Part shown: piece by piece, positions 11,534 through 21,714 of the stretch
How the letters are laid out: every line of letters begins with the position of its first letter
Numbering within the stretch: position 1 is the first letter of the stretch
IMG/VR virus record: IMGVR_UViG_3300044645_001661
DNA from: a virus
Lineage: Duplodnaviria > Caudoviricetes
Strand: one strand, 5' to 3'
DNA: 64,000 bases
The notes under the pieces: generated by a model
Databases searched by the model: none
The model's input: only the letters and a program-made list of their open reading frames with translations
What the model was told of the DNA's origin: nothing
Program-made: the position numbers and the translations under genes

Positions 11534-11696
11534 CAAAATTTTTTTAACAGATTTTAACAAATCTTTTGAATATGAGAAAATATCTAGAGATATAGATAAT
11601 ATAGATGATATTGAGTATTTAAAAAAACTTGCAAAATCATATATTAAATTATACTTTCAACAACAAGAAGTTATAGTAAATTTGGGGCAGTTGTAA
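11523..11696 (+). CDS. Small hypothetical protein (57 aa, not in ORF track)
   Basis: Hand translation MDPDKIFLTDFNKSFEYEKISRDIDNIDDIEYLKKLAKSYIKLYFQQQEVIVNLGQL*; it fills the gap up to the gp13 start. Confidence 0.7.
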   Translation: MDPDKIFLTDFNKSFEYEKISRDIDNIDDIEYLKKLAKSYIKLYFQQQEVIVNLGQL

Positions 11697-11697
11697 A

Positions 11698-12537
11698 ATG
11701 GCACAACCAGCATCACGACAACAATTAATAGATTATTGCAAGAGAAAACTTGGTTACCCAGTTTTAGAAATTAATGTTGCAGATGAGCAAATTGATGATC
11801 TTGTTGATGATGCTATACAATTTTTTCAAGAGAGACATTTTGATGGTGTCTCTCAAATGTATTTAAAATATCAAGTAACCCAGGGAGACATTGATAGAGG
11901 TAGAGCAAAAATGGGTGGAGTTGGTATTGCAACAACTTCAGCAACTACAAATATTGCGGGGACTCCAACAACATTTAATTACTTTGAAAGCAGTAATTAT
12001 TTACAAGTTCCACCATCAATAATTGGAATTAATAAAATTTTCCACTTTGAAGGATCTAATAGTATTTCTAGTGGAATGTTTAGTATAAAATATCAATTAT
12101 TTTTAAATGATATTTACTATTGGGGGTCTACAGAACTTTTAACATATTCAATGGTTAAAAGATATCTTGAAGACATTGACTTTTTATTGACAACTCAAAA
12201 GCAAATAAGATTTAATCAAAGAATGGATAGATTATATCTAGACATTGATTGGGCAAGTTTAAAAGCAGGAGAATTTATAATAATTGATTGTTATAGGGCA
12301 TTAGATCCCAATGATTATAGTAGAGTATGGAATGATTCGTTCTTAAAACCATATTTAACATCACTTATCAAAAAGCAATGGGGTCAAAATTTAATTAAAT
12401 TCCAAGGTGTAAAATTACCAGGTGGAATAGAATTAAATGGAAGACAAATGTATGATGACGCTCAAAGAGAGATTGATGAGATTATGAATAAGATGTCATC
12501 TACATATGAATTACCACCACTAGACATGATCGGGTAA
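11698..12537 (+). CDS. gp13: Neck protein gp13
   Basis: RQQLIDYCKRKLGYPVLEINV, ERHFDG, KQWGQNLIKFQGVKLPGGIELNG, PPLDMIG. Confidence 0.92.
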   Translation: MAQPASRQQLIDYCKRKLGYPVLEINVADEQIDDLVDDAIQFFQERHFDGVSQMYLKYQVTQGDIDRGRAKMGGVGIATTSATTNIAGTPTTFNYFESSNYLQVPPSIIGINKIFHFEGSNSISSGMFSIKYQLFLNDIYYWGSTELLTYSMVKRYLEDIDFLLTTQKQIRFNQRMDRLYLDIDWASLKAGEFIIIDCYRALDPNDYSRVWNDSFLKPYLTSLIKKQWGQNLIKFQGVKLPGGIELNGRQMYDDAQREIDEIMNKMSSTYELPPLDMIG

Positions 12538-12543
12538 ACCAAA

Positions 12544-13929
12544 ATGGCATTAAATCCATTCTTTCTCCATGGTTCTATAGGTGAAAAAAATCTTATTCAA
12601 GATTTGGTAAATGAACAATTAAGAATGTACGGTGTTGAAATTTATTATATACCGAGAAGTTATATTAATGAAAAAACTATTATAGAAGAAGTTTCAAAAT
12701 CTGAGTTTAAATATGCAGTTCCATTAGAAGCATATGTGGAAACTTATGAAGGATATAGTGGAGCTGGAACATTACTTTCAAAATTCGGAGTTCAAGAATT
12801 AGATGATCTTACGTTAACAATATCAAAAGAAAGATATGAATTGGCAGTAAAACCATTAATTCATGATAAAGAAAGTATGAAGTTGACGGATAGACCAAAA
12901 GAAGGTGATTTAATTTATTTTCCTCTTGGTGATAGATTATTTGAAATAAAATATGTTGAACACGAAAAACCATTTTATCAACTTCAAGGCAGTTATACTT
13001 ACGAATTGCGTTGTGAACTATTTGCATATAATAATGAATTGGTAGATACCAATATAGATTTTATTGATGATAATGTTGAATCAGAAGGTTATAATTTATT
13101 TTATCAAATGGTTGGATTTGGATCTACTGCATCCGCTATAACTTCTACAATTAATGGTGGAGTTACAAGAGTTAATTTATTAAATAGAGGATCTGGATAT
13201 ACTAATGTACCTTCAGTAGGATTTTCATCAGCACCAAATAATGGGTTAACTGCTGTTGGAATTGCATCTATGATTTCTGGTATTATAGATTTTTGTGAAC
13301 CAAATCCAGATTTATCTAGAGTACAAGCAGTTAATATTGTAAATCCTGGATATGGATATACAGTTGCTCCTCAAGTCTCATTTATTGGTGGTGGTGGATC
13401 TGGTGCTAGAGCAACATCAGTAATTGGAAATGGTGTAGTTGGAATAATTACCATAATGAATGGTGGATCTGGATATTTAAACCCACCAACTGTTACTTTT
13501 ACTGGAATTTCTACAATACAAGCATCAGCAAAAGCAGTTATAAATTCTAGTGGAACAGTAACACAAATTCTAATAACCAATGGTGGTTTAGGATATCAAT
13601 CAACACCAACAATTACAATTTCATCCCCAGAAAGTATAGTTGGATACGGAACATATATATTTAATGAGATTGTAGTTGGAAGTTCTAGTAGTATTACTGC
13701 CAGAGTAAAATCTTGGAATGGTATAACTAAAATTTTAGAATTATCTAAAATTACTGGATCATTTAATTCTGGTGAAAATTTAGTTGGGCAAGAATCTGGT
13801 GCAACATACAGAATTAAGTCACTAAATACTGATAATAGCAATGATGGATTTGCTCAAAATCAAGTTATTCAAGACGAAGCAAATCAAATAATAGATTTTA
13901 GTGAATCAAATCCATTTGGAACCCCATAA
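12544..13929 (+). CDS. gp14: Neck protein gp14 with internal Gly-rich module insertion
   Basis: MALNPFF, EQLRMYGVEIYYIPR, PKEGDLIYFPL, FEIKYVEHEKPFYQL and C-terminal DFSESNPFG. Confidence 0.9.
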   Translation: MALNPFFLHGSIGEKNLIQDLVNEQLRMYGVEIYYIPRSYINEKTIIEEVSKSEFKYAVPLEAYVETYEGYSGAGTLLSKFGVQELDDLTLTISKERYELAVKPLIHDKESMKLTDRPKEGDLIYFPLGDRLFEIKYVEHEKPFYQLQGSYTYELRCELFAYNNELVDTNIDFIDDNVESEGYNLFYQMVGFGSTASAITSTINGGVTRVNLLNRGSGYTNVPSVGFSSAPNNGLTAVGIASMISGIIDFCEPNPDLSRVQAVNIVNPGYGYTVAPQVSFIGGGGSGARATSVIGNGVVGIITIMNGGSGYLNPPTVTFTGISTIQASAKAVINSSGTVTQILITNGGLGYQSTPTITISSPESIVGYGTYIFNEIVVGSSSSITARVKSWNGITKILELSKITGSFNSGENLVGQESGATYRIKSLNTDNSNDGFAQNQVIQDEANQIIDFSESNPFGTP

Positions 13930-13950
13930 TAAAATTTTTAAATTTCCAAT

Positions 13951-14958
13951 ATGTTTGATCACTTTTACCACGAAATTCTTAGAAAGACTATTGTAGCATT
14001 TGGTACGCTATTTAATGGTATAACTGTAGAAAGAAAGGATAATAATAACACTGTCGATTCGGTAATAGAAGTTCCTTTAGCTTATGGTCCAACTCAAAAG
14101 TTTTTGGCTCGCTTAGAACAAGAACCAAATTTGAACAAACCAGTTCAAATAACATTACCAAGAATGTCTTTTGAATTTGTTGGATTGCGTTATGATACTG
14201 CAAGAAAATTAGCACCAACACAATCATTTGTAGCAACAATAAGAACAGATAATACTGATTTAAGAAAGGCATATATGCCAGTTCCATATAATATGGATTT
14301 TGAGCTATCTATTATGACATTATTGAATGATGATATGCTTCAAATTGTAGAGCAAATATTGCCATATTTTCAACCTTCATACAATTTATCTATAGATTTA
14401 GTATCAAGTATTGGAGAAAAAAGAGATATTCCTATAACATTAGAAAATATTTCTATGCAGGATAATTATGAAGGTGATTATTCTGTGAGAAGATCTTTAA
14501 TTTATACTTTAAAGTTTACAGCAAAGACTTACCTTTTTGGTCCAATTTCTGGGTCAGAATCGGCAAAAGATATTATCAAAAAAGTTTCTCTTGGTCTTTC
14601 ATCTGGAGAATATGGAGACACTCCAAGAAGAAATGTTGTTTATACCGTTGAACCAAAGGCAACTAAAAATTATACAGGTGACATTGCAACAAATATTGTC
14701 GATAATATTAATGAAGAAGATACTATTATAAATGTTCAAGATAGTTCTGAAATTCCAGTCAATTCTTATATAACAATAAATAATGAAACATTATTTGTAA
14801 AATCAAATTCCAATAACACTTTAATTGTTGTTAGAGGATCTTATAATACTATTTCAACTGAACATGTATCTGGAAGTGCTGTCAAGTTGATAACATCTGA
14901 AGATAATTCATTAGTAAATAAGAATGATAATTTTGGATTTGATGGTTCTATTGATTAA
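13951..14958 (+). CDS. gp15: Tail sheath stabilizer/terminator gp15
   Basis: FYHEILRKTIVAFGTLFN, VPLAYGPTQKFLARL, LPRMSFE, QIVEQILPYFQP. Confidence 0.92.
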   Translation: MFDHFYHEILRKTIVAFGTLFNGITVERKDNNNTVDSVIEVPLAYGPTQKFLARLEQEPNLNKPVQITLPRMSFEFVGLRYDTARKLAPTQSFVATIRTDNTDLRKAYMPVPYNMDFELSIMTLLNDDMLQIVEQILPYFQPSYNLSIDLVSSIGEKRDIPITLENISMQDNYEGDYSVRRSLIYTLKFTAKTYLFGPISGSESAKDIIKKVSLGLSSGEYGDTPRRNVVYTVEPKATKNYTGDIATNIVDNINEEDTIINVQDSSEIPVNSYITINNETLFVKSNSNNTLIVVRGSYNTISTEHVSGSAVKLITSEDNSLVNKNDNFGFDGSID

Positions 14959-14966
14959 ATTTAAAA

Positions 14967-15404
14967 ATGGCAGAAAAATTTACCGACTTAGAAAGTGCTT
15001 TTGATGTAGAGACTGAGATTATTCACACAGAAAATACGTTAAAGGAAATAAAAAATATTGCAAAAGAAGTTGCAGAATTAAATAACGATGTCAGAAAAGA
15101 TTATGAATATACAAGAGGAAATCTTTATTCAATAATTGAAAAGGGTCAAGAAGCATTGAATAGTGCTTTAGAATTAGCTCAAGATGGTGGGCAACCTAGA
15201 GCATATGAAGTTGTTGGGCAACTAATAAAAAATGTATCGGATGCCACAGATAAATTATTGGATTTGCAAAAAAAATTAAAAGATATTGAAGATAATAGCC
15301 AAATAAAATCACAAACTAATGTGACTAATAATGCACTTTTTATTGGATCTACTGCAGAGTTATCTAAATTCTTAAAATCTAATAAAAACAACGAAAATAC
15401 TTAA
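14967..15404 (+). CDS. gp16: Terminase small subunit gp16
   Basis: DYEYTRGNLYSIIEKGQEAL, PRAYEVVGQLIK, NNALFIGSTAEL; synteny between gp15 and gp17. Confidence 0.85.
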   Translation: MAEKFTDLESAFDVETEIIHTENTLKEIKNIAKEVAELNNDVRKDYEYTRGNLYSIIEKGQEALNSALELAQDGGQPRAYEVVGQLIKNVSDATDKLLDLQKKLKDIEDNSQIKSQTNVTNNALFIGSTAELSKFLKSNKNNENT

Positions 15405-15409
15405 TATTT

Positions 15410-15417
15410 TATAAATA
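15410..15417 (+). promoter_or_regulatory. Late promoter TATAAATA
   Basis: Perfect T4 late consensus 20 nt upstream of ORF 15438. Confidence 0.75.
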
Positions 15418-15437
15418 AAGAAAAGTATCATCAAAAA

Positions 15438-17195
15438 ATGAAAAAGTTGTCTGAAGACCACAAAGAAATTGCAAGTGGTAAAAGAAAAGATGATGAAGGA
15501 TATATGGCTCGCAATGAAATGGATGCTATTGAGAGATCCATTAATAAATTAAGAAAGGTTATAAAAAAAAGCGATACTCAACTTCCAGCTTGGGTTCAAT
15601 CTAAAATTACTAAAGCGGCAGATTATATTGATACTGCTGCAGAATATCTCCAAAGTGATGAAAGTGTGGATGAAGAAGTAAGTGCAACAATTAATACACA
15701 AAAACATAAAGAAGCAAGAAAGCAAGAAAAAATTCGTGGTTTGGCAAAAAGTTCCAATCCAAATGAAGCACAAGTTGCAAAATCAAAATTAAGACCTTCT
15801 GCTTCCGTATCTTTGCCAAGTTTTAAAAAAGAAGAAATTTCTCTAGTACAAAAAATTCTTGGTGAAGAAAAATGTGGTAACGGGATGTATTGGTGTAACA
15901 CTGATAAAGTATGTAAACCCCTACCAGACGGGTTTAAAGTAAACGGTCAAAAGAAAAAACCAACAGAGGTTGGTATTGGTAAACCAGTTGCTGAGGCAAT
16001 GGGTTGTAATCACACCAAAAAAGGAAAATCATGTCCAGTTCATGGAAAAGATGACTGTGCAATGAAGGAAGAAATAGATCCAAAAGGTCCAGTTAAATCA
16101 TACAAATCACCAGAAGAAATTGCTAAAAAGCATGGGGTTTCACTTGAAACAATACAAAAACAACTTAAGATTGGAATTAAAGTAGAAGGTGAGCACACAT
16201 CAAATAAAACATCAGCAAGAATTACCGCATTACAACATTTAGATGAGGTTCCAGATTACTACACTAAACTTAAAAAAGTTGAAAAGAAATCTAATACAAA
16301 TGAAAGTGTTACAATTGAAGATATGTTCGGTAACACATTCGTTGAATTCATTGATTTAATTACACCCCAAGATGTTATAGATGAAGCAAAACTTCAATTT
16401 ACTCGTCGTGCTGCTGGAAGATTAGATGGTGTAAAAAAAACTGGTGAAGAAAAAGCATTAAACAAAGCAAATAGATTAAGCAATTCACAAAATCCTAAAG
16501 ACCGCCAGAGAGCAAATAAAATTCGCAAAACTGCAAAAACAGTTGCTGATAGAGATGCTGCACAAGCAGGTTCTGATGCAAGACAAGAATTATATCGTAG
16601 ACAGCAGAGAAGGGCAAATGATCTTGCTAAACAATTGATGCAAAAAGAGGATATTGAAGAAGCAGTCAGAATTCCATCACAAAATGGTCAGTTAATGGTA
16701 ATTATGTTTACTTGGAGAGGTAAATCTTATTCGTTAAGAATGTTCTTCCCTCAAATAAAAGTACCTTCAAGAAAGGAGGTTGAATATGAATTGCAAAAAG
16801 TTTACCCAGAAGCAAAAGTTCTACACGCTCAAATAACAGATTTGAGACCTGGTGGAGATCCTATTGTTCAAGTTCAAAATTCACCATCAAAAAATTATCT
16901 ATTAAATAACAAGACTATTGGTGAAGAATTAGAAGAAGATTGGCAGTCAGTAAATCGTAAAGATAAGACTGATGGATTAAGTCAAAAAGCAGTTGATGCA
17001 TATCGCAAAGAAAATCCAGGTTCAAAGTTACAAACTGCAGTAACTGAAAAAAAGCCTGAGGGCAAAAGGGCTGATCGCCGTAAGTCCTTTTGCCGCAGAA
17101 TGAAAGGTATGAAATCAAAATTGACTTCTGCCGAAACTTCAAGAGATCCAGATAGCAGAATAAACAAAGCATTAAGACGTTGGAATTGTAATTAA
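15438..17195 (+). CDS. Modular hypothetical protein (585 aa), candidate internal head polyprotein
   Basis: A string of unrelated small basic modules (LPAWVQSKIT, Cys-rich, CPVHG, DUF5661-like EHT...HLDE.PDYY, C-terminal RRKSFC.RM.G...WNC) joined by acidic xxEE linkers. Confidence 0.7.
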   Translation: MKKLSEDHKEIASGKRKDDEGYMARNEMDAIERSINKLRKVIKKSDTQLPAWVQSKITKAADYIDTAAEYLQSDESVDEEVSATINTQKHKEARKQEKIRGLAKSSNPNEAQVAKSKLRPSASVSLPSFKKEEISLVQKILGEEKCGNGMYWCNTDKVCKPLPDGFKVNGQKKKPTEVGIGKPVAEAMGCNHTKKGKSCPVHGKDDCAMKEEIDPKGPVKSYKSPEEIAKKHGVSLETIQKQLKIGIKVEGEHTSNKTSARITALQHLDEVPDYYTKLKKVEKKSNTNESVTIEDMFGNTFVEFIDLITPQDVIDEAKLQFTRRAAGRLDGVKKTGEEKALNKANRLSNSQNPKDRQRANKIRKTAKTVADRDAAQAGSDARQELYRRQQRRANDLAKQLMQKEDIEEAVRIPSQNGQLMVIMFTWRGKSYSLRMFFPQIKVPSRKEVEYELQKVYPEAKVLHAQITDLRPGGDPIVQVQNSPSKNYLLNNKTIGEELEEDWQSVNRKDKTDGLSQKAVDAYRKENPGSKLQTAVTEKKPEGKRADRRKSFCRRMKGMKSKLTSAETSRDPDSRINKALRRWNCN

Positions 17196-17209
17196 AAATA
17201 GGTTTTATT

Positions 17210-18856
17210 ATGGCTGATCATTATCTTGGTAATCCGCTTTTAAAAAAAGCGAATACTGCCCTCGAATTTACTCAAGATCAAATTATAGAATTTGCTCGTT
17301 GTCAAGACGATCCAATTTATTTTGCAAAAAATTATATTCAAATTGTTACTTTGGATTATGGTTTGCAACCGTTCAAACCATATCTATTTCAAGAAACAAT
17401 GATTGAAAGATTTCATAATCATAGATTTAATGTATGTAAACTACCAAGACAGTCTGGAAAATCTACAATTGTTGTATCTTATCTTTTACATTATGCAATT
17501 TTTAATGATAACGTAAATATAGCAATTCTTGCTAACAAAGCATCTACTGCTAAAGATCTTTTAGATCGTTTACAAACTGCTTATGAGAACCTCCCAAAGT
17601 GGTTACAGCAGGGAGTAATGACATGGAATAAAGCATCTTTGGAGTTAGAAAATGGATCAAAAATTATTGCTGCTTCTACATCAGCATCAGCAGTTCGTGG
17701 TGGATCATACAACATCATCTTCCTCGACGAATTTGCTTTTATTCCCAACCATATTGCTGATCAGTTTTTCAGTTCAGTTTATCCTACTATTTCTTCTGGT
17801 AAAAATACCAAGGTAATTATTGTTTCCACCCCTCACGGGATGAATCATTTTTATAAAATTTGGCATGATGCTGAACGTAAAAAGAATGAATATATTCCAA
17901 CAGAAGTTCATTGGAGTGAAGTTCCTGGTAGAGATGAAAAATGGAAAGAGCAAACTATTGCGAACACTAGTGAACAACAGTTTAAGGTCGAATTTGAATG
18001 TGAATTTTTAGGATCTGTTGATACGTTAATTTCACCAAATAAACTTCGTAATTTAGTTTATGAAGCACCAAGATTAAGAAGTGGTGGTTTGGATGTTTTT
18101 GAAGATTGTAAAGATGAACACAATTATGTAATTTCTGTTGACGTTGCCAGAGGTGTTGGTAGTGACTATTCTGCTTTTGTTGTTATAGACATAACACAAT
18201 TTCCACATAAGGTAGTAGCAAAATATAGAGACAATCAAATAAAACCAATGATATTTCCAAGTATAGTTCATGAAGTGGCAAAGAGTTATAATGATGCGTA
18301 TGTTTTATGTGAAGTTAATGATGTTGGAGATCAAGTAGCATCAATTCTTCATTATGATTTAGAGTATCAAAATGTTTTAATGTGCTCTATGAGAGGTAGG
18401 GCAGGTCAAATTGTTGGACAAGGATTTTCTGGGAAGAAAACTCAACTAGGCGTTAAAATGTCTAAAACTGTTAAAAAAGTTGGGTGTCTTAACTTAAAAA
18501 CACTGGTAGAGGAAGATAAACTATTCTTTAATGACTATGACATTATTAGTGAATTGACTACTTTCATTCAAAAATCAAATTCGTTTGAAGCGGAAGATGG
18601 ATGTAACGATGATTTGGCAATGTGTCTTGTAATTTATGCATGGTTAGTTGTACAAGACTACTTTAAAGAATTAACAGATCAGGATGTAAGAAAAAAATTA
18701 TACGATGAGCAAAAAAATCAAATAGAACAAGATATGGCACCCTTTGGGTTTATAGTTGATGGTATAAATGATCAATCATCATTTGTAGATAATACTGGAG
18801 ATAGATGGTATACCGATGAATATGGTGATATGTCACATATGTGGGACTATATGTAA
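17210..18856 (+). CDS. gp17: Terminase large subunit gp17
   Basis: Walker A PRQSGKST, Walker B IIFLDEFAF, VSTPHG, nuclease motifs VDVARG and DDLAM. Confidence 0.97.
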   Translation: MADHYLGNPLLKKANTALEFTQDQIIEFARCQDDPIYFAKNYIQIVTLDYGLQPFKPYLFQETMIERFHNHRFNVCKLPRQSGKSTIVVSYLLHYAIFNDNVNIAILANKASTAKDLLDRLQTAYENLPKWLQQGVMTWNKASLELENGSKIIAASTSASAVRGGSYNIIFLDEFAFIPNHIADQFFSSVYPTISSGKNTKVIIVSTPHGMNHFYKIWHDAERKKNEYIPTEVHWSEVPGRDEKWKEQTIANTSEQQFKVEFECEFLGSVDTLISPNKLRNLVYEAPRLRSGGLDVFEDCKDEHNYVISVDVARGVGSDYSAFVVIDITQFPHKVVAKYRDNQIKPMIFPSIVHEVAKSYNDAYVLCEVNDVGDQVASILHYDLEYQNVLMCSMRGRAGQIVGQGFSGKKTQLGVKMSKTVKKVGCLNLKTLVEEDKLFFNDYDIISELTTFIQKSNSFEAEDGCNDDLAMCLVIYAWLVVQDYFKELTDQDVRKKLYDEQKNQIEQDMAPFGFIVDGINDQSSFVDNTGDRWYTDEYGDMSHMWDYM

Positions 18857-18868
18857 AGTAACAATTTA

Positions 18869-18875
18869 ATAAATA
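18869..18875 (+). promoter_or_regulatory. Late promoter core ATAAATA
   Basis: In the intergenic gap upstream of gp18; a GGAG Shine-Dalgarno precedes the ATG. Confidence 0.65.
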
Positions 18876-18910
18876 TTTTGTAGAGCAAAACTGAGATTAC
18901 GGAGAAAAAC

Positions 18911-21679
18911 ATGGCGACTCCTCAATTATCTCCTGGTATATTAGTCAGGGAAGTTGATTTAACTGTCGGGAGAGCTGAAAATGTATTAGATAATATTGGT
19001 GCTTTAGCTGGTCCTTTCGAAATTGGCCCAGTTAATGAACCAATCAATATCACTACAGAGCAAGAGTTACTTAATACTTTTGGTAAACCATCTAGTTCTG
19101 ATAACCAATATGAGTATTGGTTGTCCGCATCATCATTTTTATCCTATGGTGGTGTTTTAAAAGTAGTAAGAACCGATGGATCTACTTTAAGTAACGCTAA
19201 TGCTGGAGTTGCGGCATCAGTTACAACTACAAAAATTAAGAATTTCGACGACTATAATTCAAACTTTTTAGATGCTGCAAATAATTTTTATTTTGCAGCA
19301 AAAAATCCAGGTTCATGGGCAAATGGATTAAAAGTTTGTGTAGTAGACGATAAAGCAGACCAAATTGTTGGTATTGCAACTACAGTATTAGCAAATGTTA
19401 ATATTCAAGTTGGTTATGGTGTTACAGTAGATCTTAGTGGAGAAGTTCTTCCAGGAATTGGAACAACTTCAGTATTCCAAGGATATCTAAAAGGTATTAT
19501 TACTGACACCGTTGATAATATTAGGGGTGGATCAGTAATTTACGTTAAAATTATTTCTAGAGTCTCTACAGGCGGAACTGAATATCCAATTAGTTATGCA
19601 GAAAATAATGTATTGAATTCTATCGTAGAAGGAAGTAAATTGTCCATTGTGGACAACAACGGTGCGGTTGTATCAGATAAAGACTCTATAGGTGAGGTTG
19701 GTATAACCACGTTTACATCAATTAATGGACAACAGGATGAAGTTTATACTGGAGTAGGTGCTACCTCTTCAGGATCTGGAACTCAAGCAACATTTACCAT
19801 TACTAGAAACAGTAGTGATGGTGGTGTTCTTTCAGCTGCAGTTGTAAATCCTGGTGTTGGATATTCAACTGGAGATTCAGTAACCATTGCTGGAAGTGAT
19901 GTTGGTGGATTTAATCTAACTAATGGTGTTATAAGAACTGTCGGATTAACATCATCAACTACAGTTGTAGCAGCTTCAAACGCAACTTACACTGGAGTTG
20001 CTGGAGTAAGTACAGTAGGAACAGGCGTATCCTTCACAATTTATAGAAATGGTAGTGGTGGAATTGGGACAGTATTTGTTGCCAATCAAGGATCAGGATA
20101 TCAAGTTGGAACTGTAATTACTATTCCTGGAACTTCTGTCGGTGGAGTTGCACCAACTGATAACCTAACACTATCAGTTACTGCCCTTAGAGATGACAAA
20201 ATTGTTTTACAAGTATCTGAGGTAGCTTCTAGTATAGTTGCTGGTCTTACCGTTGATTGGTATAGCCAGCAAGTATTAAAATTAGATAATGGCATTGTAT
20301 TTTGGAATACTATTGCTCCTAAACCAGGAACATCACAATATGCATTGGAGAGAAATAGTAGATCAGATGAGATGCACGTTGTCGTTGTAGACGATTCTGG
20401 ATCTATAAGTGGTGTTAAAGGTAATATCTTAGAAAAGCATCTATTCTTATCAAAAGCAGTTGATGCAATTTCTTCTTCAAATTCTCCAACTAAAATTTGG
20501 TATAAGAATTATCTTGCAAACTTCTCAAGATACATCTATGCTGGAACTAACCCATCAAATGCTTATGATGGATATTGGTTAACAGATCCACAAGCTACAA
20601 TATTTACTTATGGTGCTAATTACACCTCAGACAATTTTGAAACTGATTTTGATCTCTATACCCTAGGTGAAACTGTTTGGGATAGACCAGCACAAGATGC
20701 AATCTTTAGTACAATTGGTCAAGTTACTTATACATTAGCAAATGGTGGTGACTACAGTGCTGGTGGTGGATTAAGATCAAGTCTCCCATATATTATGGAA
20801 TCTTACAATCTATTTGAAAATAGAGATGATATTGCAGTAGATTACTTAATCATGGGTCCAGGTGGAGAATCAATTTCTGAATCACAATCAAAAGCAAATA
20901 GATTAATATCTATTGCAGATTCAAGAAAAGATTGTGTTGCGGTAATATCACCACACAGAGCTGGTGTAGTTGGATTGTTGAATCCAAACGAACAAACAAA
21001 TAACATTATAGAATTCTTTGGTCCATTATCTTCCTCATCATATGCTATTTTTGATAGTGGATATAAGTACATGTATGATAGATTCAATAATGTGTTTAGA
21101 TATATACCATGCAATGGTGATGTAGCTGGTCTGATGTGCAGAACAAATATAGTTGCATATCCTTGGTATTCTCCTGCTGGACAGCAAAGAGGTGTTATTA
21201 AGAATGCAATTAAACTTTCATTCAATCCAAATAAATCACAAAGAGACGCCCTTTATTCTGCAAGAATTAATCCAGTTATTAATCAACCTGGAGTTGGCAT
21301 TATCTTGTTCGGTGATAAAACAGCATTATCTTATGCATCTGCCTTTGATAGAATTAATGTTCGCAGACTATTTTTAACAGTTGAACAGGCATTGGAAAAA
21401 GCTGCTCAGGCACAACTCTTCGAGTTTAACGATCAGATTACAAGAGCAAACTTTGTCAACATCGTTGAACCATACTTACGTGATATTCAGGCAAAGAGAG
21501 GTGTTTATGACTTCCTAGTAATTTGTGATGAAACTAACAACACACCTGATATTATTGATAATAATGAATTCAGAGCTGACATCTTCCTGAAACCAGCTAA
21601 ATCTATCAACTACATTACACTAACCTTTGTTGCTACTAGAACAGGGGTAAGTTTTGAAGAAGTGGCTGGTAGAGTTTGA
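18911..21679 (+). CDS. gp18: Tail sheath protein gp18 (922 aa, enlarged)
   Basis: LSPGILVREVDLT, FDSGYKYMYDRFN, WYSPAG.QRG, FDRINVRRLF, IFLKPAKSINYITLTFVATRTGVSFEE. Confidence 0.95.
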   Translation: MATPQLSPGILVREVDLTVGRAENVLDNIGALAGPFEIGPVNEPINITTEQELLNTFGKPSSSDNQYEYWLSASSFLSYGGVLKVVRTDGSTLSNANAGVAASVTTTKIKNFDDYNSNFLDAANNFYFAAKNPGSWANGLKVCVVDDKADQIVGIATTVLANVNIQVGYGVTVDLSGEVLPGIGTTSVFQGYLKGIITDTVDNIRGGSVIYVKIISRVSTGGTEYPISYAENNVLNSIVEGSKLSIVDNNGAVVSDKDSIGEVGITTFTSINGQQDEVYTGVGATSSGSGTQATFTITRNSSDGGVLSAAVVNPGVGYSTGDSVTIAGSDVGGFNLTNGVIRTVGLTSSTTVVAASNATYTGVAGVSTVGTGVSFTIYRNGSGGIGTVFVANQGSGYQVGTVITIPGTSVGGVAPTDNLTLSVTALRDDKIVLQVSEVASSIVAGLTVDWYSQQVLKLDNGIVFWNTIAPKPGTSQYALERNSRSDEMHVVVVDDSGSISGVKGNILEKHLFLSKAVDAISSSNSPTKIWYKNYLANFSRYIYAGTNPSNAYDGYWLTDPQATIFTYGANYTSDNFETDFDLYTLGETVWDRPAQDAIFSTIGQVTYTLANGGDYSAGGGLRSSLPYIMESYNLFENRDDIAVDYLIMGPGGESISESQSKANRLISIADSRKDCVAVISPHRAGVVGLLNPNEQTNNIIEFFGPLSSSSYAIFDSGYKYMYDRFNNVFRYIPCNGDVAGLMCRTNIVAYPWYSPAGQQRGVIKNAIKLSFNPNKSQRDALYSARINPVINQPGVGIILFGDKTALSYASAFDRINVRRLFLTVEQALEKAAQAQLFEFNDQITRANFVNIVEPYLRDIQAKRGVYDFLVICDETNNTPDIIDNNEFRADIFLKPAKSINYITLTFVATRTGVSFEEVAGRV

Positions 21680-21714
21680 TCTATATTATTTAATTAACGA
21701 AGGAGGATCCTACA

